A stretch of 64,000 nucleotides of DNA from Vicinamibacteria bacterium (GCA_963668695.2 CAXXLQ010000004.1:896001-960000), one strand, 5' to 3'. Positions 10,478 through 20,710 are shown, numbered from the stretch's first letter. Program-made: numbers and translations. Notes: generated from the sequence alone by a model not told the origin.

Positions 10478-12091
10478 CTAGTGCTCCGATTCCAAGGGGG
10501 ACTCTCCCGGCAGAGGCCTCGCCGAAACGATAGTGCCTCCGAAGGTCTTCTGATACTTCTCGACAATGGGGGGTGGAGCCAGGTCGAGCAAGCCGCTGCT
10601 TCCGGACGCCGTTGATTCGGCCGTTAACTCGGAAGGGGCCTGGGATGGGGCTGGAGAAGCGGGGGTGGGCGATTTCGCCGGAGGGGAGCCGCTACCGCCG
10701 GTGTTCGGCGCCGCCGTCTTGGCGCCAGGCTGGTCAAGCTGCTCGAGAAGGCGGTCGAACGCGGCCAGGCGCGGCATTTCGACCAGTCGCAGCAGCGCCA
10801 TCTCGAGGTGGAACCTGGGCTCGGGGGACCAGCGCAATCCGTCTTCGATCCGGGTGAGGACATCGAGGCTCCGCAGCAGATCTTCCTCGCTGAAGCGGTC
10901 CGCGAATTCGGCGAGCCGCTCGCGCTCCTGCGGCCACTCCAGGAGGTCGGGCCGGTCGGGCGCCACCCGAACCACCGTGAGGTCCCGCAGGTAGTGCATG
11001 AGCAGGGTGACGAAGTGCTTCAGATCCCGGCCCTCGCTCACGAGTTCCTCGACGATTTCGAAGACCGCCCGGCGGTCTCCTTCGACGATCGCTACGCTGG
11101 CGCGGCGGCAGATCTGCACGTTCGGAACCCCGATCACCTCACTCACATCCTCGGCGGTGACCGCTCCGTCCACCGCCGCGATCACCTGGTCGAGCGCCGA
11201 TAGCGCATCCCGGAGGCTCCCCTGCCCGAACCGGGCGATCTGGGCCAGGGCCTCCGGCGCGACCTCGAATCCCTGATCGTCCGCGATGTGACGCAGCCGT
11301 TCGACCACGACCCGCTGGGTCACGGCGCGGAATTCGAACTCCTGACAGCGCGAGAGGATGGTGTCCGGGATTCGATGGATCTCGGTAGTGGCGAAGATGA
11401 ACTTGACGTGGGGAGGGGGTTCCTCGAGCGTCTTCAGGAGCGCGTTGAAAGCGCCCCCGCTCAGCATGTGGACTTCGTCCACCAGAAAGATCTTGAACCG
11501 GTCGCGCGACGGGGTGTAGTGCGCGGTCTCGATGATTTCGCGCGCCTTTTCCACGCTGTTGTTGCTCGCGCCGTCGATCTCGGGCACGTCCCGTGAATAA
11601 CCGCCGGCAATCTCGCGGCAGGAAGGACACGTTCCGCAGGGCTCCGGATTCGGGCCTTCGCCGGCCGAGCAGTTGAGCGCCTTCGCGAGAATCCGGGCGG
11701 TGGTGGTCTTTCCCACCCCCCGAGGCCCGGCGAACAGGAATGCGTGCCAGATACGGTTCTTCCGGATCGCGTTCTGAAGAGTGCGGGCGATCGCCTCCTG
11801 CCCCACCAGGTCCGCGAAGGTCTGGGGGCGGTAGCGCAGCGCCAGCACCTGGTAGTCGTCGGCGCGCGCAGAGGAAGGCGTCTTCGGGGTCGCCGCCGAG
11901 TCACCGGCGACGGGCGCCGGATTCTGCGGTTCGCTGGCCGGCGCATCCGCCGCGGCAGTCGGTTCGGGCGGGATCTGCCCCTCGGCCTCGCTCACGATTC
12001 CGGCTTCCTGCACCGCCGGCTCCACGTCGTTCGCGGGCGGCTGCGGATCAGGGCCGGGCGGACCGCCGAACAGGCCTCCGGGAGGACTCAT
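10478..12091 (-). CDS. dnaX: DNA polymerase III subunit gamma/tau
   Basis: YQVLALRYRPQTF, GPRGVGKTT, DEVHML, SRC motif. Confidence 0.97.
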   Translation of the reverse strand: MSPPGGLFGGPPGPDPQPPANDVEPAVQEAGIVSEAEGQIPPEPTAAADAPASEPQNPAPVAGDSAATPKTPSSARADDYQVLALRYRPQTFADLVGQEAIARTLQNAIRKNRIWHAFLFAGPRGVGKTTTARILAKALNCSAGEGPNPEPCGTCPSCREIAGGYSRDVPEIDGASNNSVEKAREIIETAHYTPSRDRFKIFLVDEVHMLSGGAFNALLKTLEEPPPHVKFIFATTEIHRIPDTILSRCQEFEFRAVTQRVVVERLRHIADDQGFEVAPEALAQIARFGQGSLRDALSALDQVIAAVDGAVTAEDVSEVIGVPNVQICRRASVAIVEGDRRAVFEIVEELVSEGRDLKHFVTLLMHYLRDLTVVRVAPDRPDLLEWPQERERLAEFADRFSEEDLLRSLDVLTRIEDGLRWSPEPRFHLEMALLRLVEMPRLAAFDRLLEQLDQPGAKTAAPNTGGSGSPPAKSPTPASPAPSQAPSELTAESTASGSSGLLDLAPPPIVEKYQKTFGGTIVSARPLPGESPLESEH

Positions 12092-12124
12092 GAGACGGAG
12101 AGACTAACGCCAGCGAAGTCGCGA

Positions 12125-12304
12125 GGATGCTTCAAGAGGGAGCCACCCGCCAGCGCGGTTTGCCGTCGCGCCGATCAGCGTTCTCGCCTTCGTCTGTCGA
12201 GGGGAAAGTCCCCCGTCACCACCCTGATTGGCTCGTGCGGGATTCCGGTTGCCCGAACCGCAGCCTTCGTGTCGACCCGAGCCGTAGCGGGGTAGCATTC
12301 CCCG
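12125..12304 (-). ncRNA. candidate structured RNA upstream of dnaX (unassigned)
   Basis: Stem GCCAATCAGGGT/ACGCTGATCGGC enclosing hairpin GGGGACTTTCCCC, plus further hairpins; no canonical SRP motif. Confidence 0.35.
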
Positions 12305-12318
12305 TTCCGCCGGAACCC

Positions 12319-12405
12319 GGAGGGGTGCAAGAGTGGCTGAATTGGCCAGCCCGGAAAGCTGGTGTACCGGCAACGGTACCGTGGGTTCGAATCCCACCCC
12401 CTCCG
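12319..12405 (+). tRNA. tRNA-Ser (GGA), long variable arm, CCA not encoded
   Basis: GGAGGGGTGCAAGAGTGGCTGAA...CCAGC-CCGGAAA-GCTGG...GGTTCGAATCC...CCCCTCCG. Confidence 0.93.
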
Positions 12406-12414
12406 CTCGGTCGA

Positions 12415-12494
12415 GGGGTCCGGAAGGGGGCGCCCGATTGAGATTGTGGTTGGGGCTTGATCGGTTGGGAGGTGGGCGCCCCCTTCCGGACCCC
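12415..12494 (+). repeat. perfect 21-bp inverted repeat downstream of tRNA-Ser (terminator or processing hairpin)
   Basis: GGGGTCCGGAAGGGGGCGCCC at 12415-12435 and its reverse complement at 12474-12494. Confidence 0.75.
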
Positions 12495-12511
12495 CCGGCG
12501 CTTCGCGCCGG

Positions 12512-12662
12512 AATCGCAAATCCCTCCGGGATTCGCGATTCGAGCTGTTTGATTGTGAAAGGGGGGCGGTAGCCCCCCTTTCACACTTTCCCCCCGGTCT
12601 CGCGGGCAGCGAACAAAGTTCGCTGCCATTTGTTTTTTCAGGTCCGGCAGTACACGCGCTGG
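12512..12662. repeat. dispersed palindromic repeat (~150 bp), copy 1
   Basis: AATCCCTCCGGGGATTCGC...TTGTGAAAGGGGG...ACTTTCCCCCGGTC...GCAGCGAACAAAGTTCGCTGCC; similar to 22720-22866. Confidence 0.8.
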
Positions 12663-12750
12663 CGCAAAGGCCAGGGAACGCCGACCTCCTGGTCGGCATC
12701 GCGCGGGAGCGCGAAACCAGGGCTGATGACGCTGCGCTCCGCCGACGTGA

Positions 12751-13485
12751 GTGTCCCACCCTCTCACAATCCCGGATGGTGCGACCGCTCACCGCCTCCT
12801 GCAGCGAAAGCGTGCCGTGCTGCGATGGTGTTGGGCGCATGGCTACGTCGAGCAGAACGTGGCCGGGGAAGGAATCGAGGGCGCGCTGCCGGCCATGCCG
12901 GCCGTCAAGGCGCACTTCCGGGCGCTGCCGTACCAGGAAGTAGCGGCGGCGCTTGAAACCGTGGATGGGTCGAAGGCGAGCAAGGCGGCCAAACTTTGCC
13001 TCCGGTTCCTGATCCTGACGGCGGCTCGATCCGGAGAAGCGCGGGCCGCGACTTGGGCGGAGGTGGACTTCGAGGCGAAGGAATGGCGGATTCCCGGTGA
13101 GCGAATGAAGGGAGGCCGGGAGCATCGCGTCCCGCTGAACCGTGCGGCGCTGGTCGTTCTTGAGCGGGCGCGAGTACTGGACGAGGGGAGCGGGCTGATC
13201 TTCCCGTCGCCGCAGGGGCCGGGCCGGCCCCTCTCCCCGATGACCCTGACGAAGATTCTGCGAGATCAGGGGCTTGCGGAACGGGGGACCGTTCACGGCT
13301 TCCGCAGCTCGTTTCGCGATTGGTGCGCCGAGACCGGAAAGCCTCGGGAGGTCGCCGAAGCCGCCCTGGCCCACACGGTCGGGGGAGTCGAGGGCGCGTA
13401 TTTTCGCTCTGACTTGTACGCGCGTCGGCGGGTGCTCATGGACCAGTGGGCCGCGTTCCTCACGGGGCGGAGGGGAAGGTGGTGA
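12751..13485 (+). pseudogene. P4-like tyrosine integrase, N-terminally truncated
   Basis: LILTAARSGE, MKGGREHRVPL, HGFRSSFRDW, LAH and AYFRSDL catalytic motifs; arm-binding domain absent; next to tRNA. Confidence 0.85.
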
Positions 13486-13655
13486 GGTTCCGTGCCTGAC
13501 CTTGACGCGCTGAAGGCTCGCATACGTCAGCACCCGGCTTTCCGAGGCGGGCCAGCCGACGGAAACCTACTGGCTCAACCTTCTGGAGGTCACGCTCGCT
13601 GAGTCTTTGGCTCGGGTCCACGAGTCGCGCCGGACACCGGTTATGGTGAACACCC

Positions 13656-14138
13656 ATGAAGCAATGCCAGAAAAAGCTGTGCAGCGCAGCAGGCGTGGTT
13701 TTCCTCGCTTTGTTCGGCGCATGGACAGCGTGCAATCCCGATTCCCCGAACACGTCCGCGACGCAGGAGGCGCAACGAGCCGGGGCATCGAATACGGACT
13801 GGCTCGGGGAAGTGGACACTTCAACACTCCCGGGGCTTCTGGCGGTCCTCGATGAAGCCTCCATCGAGCGAGTCAACGCGATCCTGCAAGACGAGCGGGA
13901 TCCGACTTGGCGAGAGCAACTTGTGAGCGGCGAGCTGACGGCTGATCTCGAAGAGTTGCATTACTGGCGCGGCCTGGCGCGCGCGGACGTGACGACCCCG
14001 CTGACCGATGCGGAAGCGGCGTACTTGGAACATGCGCGCAACCGGGCTTCGACCTTCCAGGACATACTCTTGGAGCAGCACGGTGATCCCGCGCTACGCG
14101 AGCTGTTGGGAAAAGCACCGGGGGAGGTTCAGGACTAG
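13656..14138 (+). CDS. hypothetical lipoprotein
   Basis: Hydrophobic leader with WTAC lipobox-like motif. Confidence 0.55.
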   Translation: MKQCQKKLCSAAGVVFLALFGAWTACNPDSPNTSATQEAQRAGASNTDWLGEVDTSTLPGLLAVLDEASIERVNAILQDERDPTWREQLVSGELTADLEELHYWRGLARADVTTPLTDAEAAYLEHARNRASTFQDILLEQHGDPALRELLGKAPGEVQD

Positions 14139-14232
14139 GGCTGGGCCGTAACAACATCCGGACCAAGCTGGGACTGCGGCGGGCCGAGAGCCTGCGGCGG
14201 CTATCTGCTCTCGATCCGCTGAACGCGCGGAC

Positions 14233-14900
14233 TCACCCGCCCTTCGGGAAGATGCAGCGCAGCAGGTCGATGTCTTCCCACAGCACCGCTTCCGCATCCG
14301 GCCTGGTGACGGTGGTGAGCGGAACGGACATTTCGACTCCCCCTGGCCGCGCAAACTCGGGTCTACCTCCGTGTCGTGGTTGAACCCGAACAGATGGATG
14401 ATTTCGTGCAGGGTGACGGCGTCCATGTACTTGCCGTCGTGCGTCCGGGGGTGTTCTTCGCACTCCGGACACCAATCCGTCACTAGGCTCGGGGTGTAGT
14501 AGAACTCCGCGCACTGCGGGCTGGCCTAGGCGCCAGACTCCCGGGCGGTCGAGTAGTAGCCTTGGATCTGGCCCCGCTCCGGCCGAAGCACGCAGTCGTC
14601 CGGGCTCGCTCCTGCGGGCCACGCAACTACGTCACCCACTTGCAGAATTCGGTAGCCGAGCTGGCGTTCGATCTTCTCGTCCAGCAGCTCGACGGGTTCG
14701 AGTAGCCGGGCAAGGCCCGCCTCCGTTACGGAATCCGGGAAGCTGCGGACCATGTCCACGCGGAACGGCCCCGTGCCCTCGCAGCCGCCGGGGCGCCGCC
14801 TGCATGACAGCTCCCCAGCAGGCGGACAGCGCCCTAATCGCTGCGATCGACAGCTACGCGACTGACGCTGCCCTTCGACTCGCCCCCGACAGCCTCGTCC
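14233..14900 (-). pseudogene. fragmented zinc-metallopeptidase-like protein
   Basis: TLHEIIHLFGFNH (HExxHxxGxxH) in ORF 14094-14483; neighbouring segments in other frames with stops. Confidence 0.5.
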
Positions 14901-14940
14901 TGGGGGGTGCAGGTGGCCGCCGAGTTCGTGGCTGTCCCAG

Positions 14941-15209
14941 CAGCCTGTGGTGAAACCCACGTGAGCGCCGAGACCGGCCAGTTCTCCCGGTGGGGGCGAG
15001 GCGCCCGGCTGACAAGGCGCGTGAGGGAGGAGCCCCCACTGGGAGAACTGGCCCGGGTGTATTTCGACCGAAACGCAACGATGAGCGGCGCGAAGCGACG
15101 CGGTTCAGCCGGGATGGATCGCCGGCCGAACGCCGCGTGGGTTTCACTACCGGTTGTTTGGCCGGGATGGATCGCCGGTCGAACGCCGCGTGGGTTTTGC
15201 CACCGGCTG
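14941..15209. mobile_element. MITE copy D (two tandem right ends, unmatched flanks)
   Basis: CAGCCTGTGGTGAAACCC left end; right ends at about 15156 and 15209; flanks CCAG/TTAA. Confidence 0.85.
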
Positions 15210-15312
15210 TTAAAACCGTGGATGGGTCGAAGGCGAGCAAGGCGGCCAAACTTTGCCTCCGGTTCCTGATCCTGACGGCGGCGCGATCCGGGGAGGCGCG
15301 GGGCGCGACTTG
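15210..15312 (+). repeat. ~100-bp duplicate of an integrase internal segment (12953-13055)
   Basis: AAACCGTGGATGGGTCGAAGGCGAGCAAGGCGGCC...GCGACTTG nearly identical at both positions. Confidence 0.9.
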
Positions 15313-15339
15313 TCGTATTTTTGTATACACTGGCCTGAC

Positions 15340-15765
15340 ATGAAACGAAGTCGGAATCGGACTCTTGAGGAGCGTATCGCGCTGCGTATTCAGCGCCAGA
15401 AGGCGAGGAATGTTTTCGTGCGGAGCGACTTTCGGGATCTGGGTGGCTACGACCAGGTTGGTCGTGGCTTGAAGCGGTTGGCCGACGGGGACCGACTCGT
15501 GAGAATCGGCTACGGGCTCTATGCCCGGTCCGCGACCGCCCCGATTTCTCGTGCCACGGTCCCGCAACAGCCACTCCCGATGCTCGCGGCCGAGGCACTC
15601 GACCGGTTGAAGGTGAAAACGGCGCCGTCAACATTTGACCGAGCCTATAACGAAGGGACCTCGACCCAGGTTCCTACCGGCCGGGTGATCGGTGTCAAGG
15701 GCCGCTTCTCACGCAAGATCCGCTACGGTGGGCAGAACATCGTCTTTGAGCGCTCTTCCGGATAA
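15340..15765 (+). CDS. DUF6088/AbiEi-like winged-helix antitoxin (orphan)
   Basis: VFVRSDFRDLGGYDQVGRGLKRL...LVRIGYGLY...YNEGTSTQVP. Confidence 0.72.
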   Translation: MKRSRNRTLEERIALRIQRQKARNVFVRSDFRDLGGYDQVGRGLKRLADGDRLVRIGYGLYARSATAPISRATVPQQPLPMLAAEALDRLKVKTAPSTFDRAYNEGTSTQVPTGRVIGVKGRFSRKIRYGGQNIVFERSSG

Positions 15766-15909
15766 TGGCTAGCCAGGCGAGGGCTCCCAACGTCGCAACG
15801 GCCACGACCAGGAAGACCCACGGAGTGGCATGGACCCCGGGGACGGCGGCGGCTTGACCGGACGCGACGCGCAGCCGTACGCTGCCCGCATCAGTCCCTG
15901 ACAGTCGTA

Positions 15910-17646
15910 GTGAGAGTTATGCGCAGGTCGAATCAGGCCCTCGTCGTTCTCGCGTTCACCTTTTCCGTGGTTCTCGCGGGTTGTGCTCAGCAAGCCGACC
16001 CGGCGGACACGATCTTCCACGGCGACCACATCGTCACCATGGACCCGCGCCGTCCCACCGTGGAAGCGGTCGCAGTGCGTGGCGAAACCATCGTGGCCGC
16101 CGGACCGATGGACGACGTGATGGCGCTCGAAGGGCCGTCCACGCGGGTGGTGGATCTGGGTGACCACGCGCTCCTGCCGGGCTTCATCGACTCCCACGGC
16201 CACTTCCTGGGAGCGGGCCGCGACCAGGTGTTGCTGGTGGGGCTGCACCCGCCGCCGGTGGGAGACGTGAACAACATCGACGACATCGTGCGCAAGGTCC
16301 GGGCGTGGATCGACGAGCACGACATTCCTCCCGGAGAGCCGGTGACCGGACGCGGCTACGACGACTCGCTGCTCGAGGAGGGCCGCCATCCCACTCGCGA
16401 GGATCTGGACCGCGCGTCGACCGAACATCCCATCATCCTCACCCACGTGTCGGGACACCTGGTCTCGACCAACTCCGCCCTTCTCGCGGCCAGCAACATC
16501 ACCGCCGACACGCCGGATCCGCCCGGCGGCCTGATCCGCCGCATGCAGGGCTCGATGGAGCCCGACGGGGTGCTGGAAGAAACCGCCCGCGGACTGCTGG
16601 CGTTCGACCGGAGGCCCACCCCGTCCGGGGAGGAACTCGACGACCTGATCCGCCAGTCCATCGACATTTACCTGAGCCACGGCACAACCACCATCCAGGA
16701 CGGCGGAATCACCCCGGAGCACGCGGCCATCCTCCAGGCGGCCGCCGACCGGGAGCCCTTCAAGGCGGATGTCGCGGCCTTCATCCGCAAGCGCGGCGCG
16801 CCCGACGAGGTCCCGGACGTGCCTTACATGCGCGGATACCACAGCGGGTTCCGGGTGGCCGGGGTGAAGCTCATGCTGGACGGCTCTCCCCAGGGACGCA
16901 CGGCCTGGGTCACGATCCCGTACGAGGAGGGCCCGCCGGGCGCACCGCCGGACTATGTGGCCTACGGCGTGATGGATCCCGACGAGTACAAGGCCCAGGC
17001 CGACCAGTTGATCGAGGCGGGCATCCCGATCATCGTGCACGCCAACGGCGACGCGGCGATGGATCTCATGATCGACGGAGTGGACGCGGCGGTCGCGGAC
17101 ATGGATCCCATGCCCGACCACCGCTCCGTCATCATCCACGCCCAGCTCATGCGCGCGGACCAGCTCGACCGCGCCGCGGAGCTGAACGTCGTGCCCTCGT
17201 TCTTCGCGGCGCACTCCTTCTTCTGGGGCGACTGGCACCGGCGCAGCTTCGGCGAGGAGCGGGGCAACAACGTCAGCCCGGTGGGTTGGGCCCTCGAACG
17301 GGGGGTGAACTTCACGGTCCACAACGACGCCTCGGTGGTCCCGCCGCACATGATGCGCCTGGTCTCGATCACCGTGAACCGCAAGACCCGCAGCGGGCAC
17401 ATTCTCGGGCCGCACCAGCGGCCGACGGTGATGCAGGCGCTACACGCGGTCACGCTCGGAGGCGCCTACCAGTACTTCGAGGAGGACACCAAGGGCTCGA
17501 TCACGGTCGGAAAGCAGGCGGACCTGGTGATTCTGGGAGAGAGCCCGCTGACCGCGGAGCCGGAGAACCTGGAGTTCATCCCGATCCTGGAGACGTTCTC
17601 GCGGGGCGGGTCGGTATTCACGATCTCGGCTGAGCCCGAGTCGTAG
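15910..17646 (+). CDS. amidohydrolase 3 (YtcJ-like) lipoprotein
   Basis: LAGC lipobox; PGFIDSHGH, KLMLDGS, HANGD, KGSITVGKQADLVIL. Confidence 0.9.
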   Translation: MRVMRRSNQALVVLAFTFSVVLAGCAQQADPADTIFHGDHIVTMDPRRPTVEAVAVRGETIVAAGPMDDVMALEGPSTRVVDLGDHALLPGFIDSHGHFLGAGRDQVLLVGLHPPPVGDVNNIDDIVRKVRAWIDEHDIPPGEPVTGRGYDDSLLEEGRHPTREDLDRASTEHPIILTHVSGHLVSTNSALLAASNITADTPDPPGGLIRRMQGSMEPDGVLEETARGLLAFDRRPTPSGEELDDLIRQSIDIYLSHGTTTIQDGGITPEHAAILQAAADREPFKADVAAFIRKRGAPDEVPDVPYMRGYHSGFRVAGVKLMLDGSPQGRTAWVTIPYEEGPPGAPPDYVAYGVMDPDEYKAQADQLIEAGIPIIVHANGDAAMDLMIDGVDAAVADMDPMPDHRSVIIHAQLMRADQLDRAAELNVVPSFFAAHSFFWGDWHRRSFGEERGNNVSPVGWALERGVNFTVHNDASVVPPHMMRLVSITVNRKTRSGHILGPHQRPTVMQALHAVTLGGAYQYFEEDTKGSITVGKQADLVILGESPLTAEPENLEFIPILETFSRGGSVFTISAEPES

Positions 17647-17708
17647 AGCCCCGCGTCGAGGGGCCCGTCGGGGCCGGCTCGCCCGTGAGAGGGGGGCCGG
17701 TACCACTT

Positions 17709-19140
17709 CTACCCCTGCCGCTCGAAGATCAGGTCGCGCACTCTCGCGGCGGTCACGGTGAAGCCGTTGACCCGACCCGCGCCGTCTCGAACGAAGCGCA
17801 CTTCGGGCAGGAACCACTGGTCGCCCGTGAAGGTGTCGGCACCGGTCGGTGAGAGCACGCTCGGGTCGTTGCGCCAATGGCTGGCCACGAGACGGCCCTC
17901 CGCATCGACTTCGAGATCGTAGGTGCTGTCCAGTTCAGGGCTGCGATAGCTGCCCGCGTACTCCTGCAACGCCTCGGCGGTCAGTTCGGGGCCTTCGGGG
18001 TCGGGCTCGGGCTCGGAGTCCTCCGGCTCGGGCCCTAAGAGATCGCCGATGTAGACCTCGGCCACCCTGCGAGCCCGCCCGGCAGGGATCGCAGTCCGAA
18101 ACGTTGCAGAAGACCGCGATCGAAAGGTTCTGCTCCGGGAAGCGCACGAAGTTGGTGCGGTAACCCACCCACGAACCCCCGTGACCGAAGGTCGGCAGCC
18201 CCCGATAGTCAGTCACCGTCAGGCCATGGGCGTAGTCCAGGGTGTCGCCGTTCGTGAGCACGCCCTGCTGCACCATCGTGTGAAGCACCTCCTCGCCGCC
18301 GACCTGCCCGGTCTCATAGTTGCGCATCCAGAGGATGAAGTCGTCGATGGTGGTGTGCAGCGACGAGGAAGCCAGCGCTGTGAGCTGATTGGGCATCCGC
18401 TGGAAGGCCTCGCCATCGGCGACCTTTGCGTAAGACTCCGCCCGGCCGGGCACGACCTCCAGGTAGTCGTCCGAGAAGTGGGTGCGGGTCATCCCGAGGG
18501 GCGCGAAGATCCGCGATTCGGTGTACTCGCGGAACGTCATCCCCGACTGCACCTCGATCACGCGCGCCAGCAGGTTGTAGGCCGTGTTCGAATAGGCGTA
18601 CTCCGAGCCGGGCGGGAAGTTGATCGCCTGCTGGCGGTAGAGCATCCGCAGGATCTTCTCGAACGAGATGACATCGGTGAAGCCGATCCCGCCGAGCGCC
18701 ATCGTGTGCGGCCAGTCGCGAATCCCGCTCGTGTGGTGGATCAGGTGGCGCGCCGTGATTACCGCGCCGAAGTCGGGCAGTTCAGGGACGTAGCCGCGCA
18801 CATCCGCATCGAGGTCGAGGTTGCCTTCGGATTCGAGAAGTAGAGCGGCCATGGCGCCGAACTGCTTGGATATCGACGCGATGTCGAAGACCGTTTCCGG
18901 CGTGATGGGGACGGCGTGATCGAGGTGCGCGGTGCCGTACCCGGCACGATGGACCACCTCACCATTCCATCGGACCCCCACCGCCGCCCCGGGCCGGTCG
19001 CCCCGAAGGTCGGCGAAGATCGCGTCGACTTCCGGATTGGTCGGACCGCCGGATCCGGTCGTAGTGGGGCCGCAGGCAGGGATGATCAGGAGGCTGAGCG
19101 CGGCCACCGTGGCTTGCGCGATCGAGGTTCTCCGCTTCAT
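17709..19140 (-). CDS. serine hydrolase (beta-lactamase family) lipoprotein, frameshift near 18085
   Basis: FDIASISKQF (SxxK), YSNTAY, HGGSW; C-terminal domain continues in ORF 17709-18065. Confidence 0.85.
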
Positions 19141-19314
19141 GGCTTCGTTTCCTTTCCGTCAGGATCCGGTGGTCCTGGCAGCCGCGCTCGCCACGACGGC
19201 GCTCGCCGCGGACCGCAAGGCTCAACGAGTCAGGATGACGACGCGGAAGGGCGATTGCAAGCGACGGATCAACGCGAATGTCCACCTCGTCCTGGCGCGC
19301 GAATTCCCGGCACG

Positions 19315-19406
19315 TGTCGCCAAATCACCCGGTAGATTATCGCCATATCACCCGCTGGACTATCGCCAAATATCCCTGTAAACTGTCGCCGAATCACCCC
19401 GTGGAC
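19315..19406 (+). repeat. 4 x 23-bp degenerate direct repeats upstream of AAA+ gene
   Basis: TGTCGCCAAATCACCCGGTAGAT / TATCGCCATATCACCCGCTGGAC / TATCGCCAAATATCCCTGTAAAC / TGTCGCCGAATCACCCCGTGGAC. Confidence 0.85.
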
Positions 19407-19453
19407 GGCCCCTCCGCGGTGCCTCGGAGGCGATACGGCTGCCAAACCCGATC

Positions 19454-20710
19454 ATGCGCTACCTGCCCCGCATCGTTGACTCCGAACTGTCGGACCGCCT
19501 GCAGGGAGCGGGGGCTGTCGTCATCGAAGGACCAAGAGCATGCGGCAAGACCTCGACGGCCCGCCGGCTTGCCGCGAGCGAAGCGCTGCTGGACACCGAC
19601 GGGAACGCACGCCGGATGGTGGACGCGGACCCGTCTGCGGCTCTTGCCGGCGCCATCCCCCGCCTCTTTGACGAATGGCAGGTTGCTCCTTCGATCTGGA
19701 ACCATGTGCGCCGGGCGGTGGATGATCGGAGCGAACCGGGCCAGTTCATCCTCACCGGGTCTGCCGTCCCCGCCGACGACGTCACCCGCCACACCGGCGC
19801 CGGACGTTTTTCCCGTCTCAGGATGCGTCCCATGTCGCTGTTCGAACTGGGTATTTCGAGCGGCGACAGTTCTCTCGGAGAACTGCTTGACGGCAACCGG
19901 CCACCCGCGAAGCCATCGGCGTTGACGGTCTCGTCGGTCGCGGAAGTCCTGTCGGTCGGCGGCTGGCCTGGAAACCTCGATGCGCCGATCGAACGGAACC
20001 TCCGCACCAACCGCGACTATCTTGAGGAGATTCGCCGGGTTGACCTTCCGCGCGTCGACGGAAAAACGCGGGATCCGGTCAGAGTCGGACGCCTGCTGCG
20101 TTCGCTGGCGCGGAACGTCGCCACTCCGGTCTCCGTGTCCCGCCTCGCTTCCGACGCCGGCGGATCGGACCGCGCGCTGAAAGCGGACACCGCTGCGGAC
20201 TACCTCGATGCTCTCGAGCGATTGATGGTGGTGGAAAACCAGCCTGCCTGGTCGCCGCATCTACGCTCGCGGACGGCGCTTCGGACGACGCCGGTCCGGC
20301 ACTTCACGGATCCATCGCTGGCGGTCGCGGCGCTCAAGGCAACCCCGGCACGGCTCATGAAGGACCTGCGATTCCTCGGCTTCCTCTTCGAGTCGCTGGT
20401 CGTCCGAGACCTGCGCATCTACGCGCAGGCCGCCGATGCCGAGGTCTTCCACTACCGCGAGAAAGACGGCCTGGAGGTAGACGCGATCGTGGATGCGGGA
20501 GACGGCCGTTGGGCGGCCTTCGAGGTCAAACTCGGCGACCGCTGGGTGGACGCTGGCGTGGCCAGTCTTCTCCGGCTCCGGGACCGGTTGCGAGGGAATC
20601 GGGATGGCTACAGCGAGCCCTCGGCGCTGTGTGTAATCGTTCCGGGCGGCGGCGGATACCGAATGGAGAACGGGGTCAGCGTCGTCCCAGTGGGCGCGCT
20701 CGGGCCGTAG
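19454..20710 (+). CDS. AAA+ ATPase with DUF4143 / PD-(D/E)xK C-terminus
   Basis: GPRACGKTS, LFDEWQ, FILTGS, EVDAIV...AFEVK. Confidence 0.88.
   Translation: MRYLPRIVDSELSDRLQGAGAVVIEGPRACGKTSTARRLAASEALLDTDGNARRMVDADPSAALAGAIPRLFDEWQVAPSIWNHVRRAVDDRSEPGQFILTGSAVPADDVTRHTGAGRFSRLRMRPMSLFELGISSGDSSLGELLDGNRPPAKPSALTVSSVAEVLSVGGWPGNLDAPIERNLRTNRDYLEEIRRVDLPRVDGKTRDPVRVGRLLRSLARNVATPVSVSRLASDAGGSDRALKADTAADYLDALERLMVVENQPAWSPHLRSRTALRTTPVRHFTDPSLAVAALKATPARLMKDLRFLGFLFESLVVRDLRIYAQAADAEVFHYREKDGLEVDAIVDAGDGRWAAFEVKLGDRWVDAGVASLLRLRDRLRGNRDGYSEPSALCVIVPGGGGYRMENGVSVVPVGALGP

Noticed and set aside
10478-12091. Programmed -1 frameshift in dnaX
   Set aside because: No AAAAAAG slippery site seen at the expected position
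12125-12304. SRP RNA (ffs) or 6S RNA
   Set aside because: The SRP helix-8 motif was not found and the 6S resemblance is too weak; kept as an unassigned candidate
19315-19406. CRISPR array or plasmid origin
   Set aside because: Repeats are contiguous without spacers and there is no recognisable Rep gene
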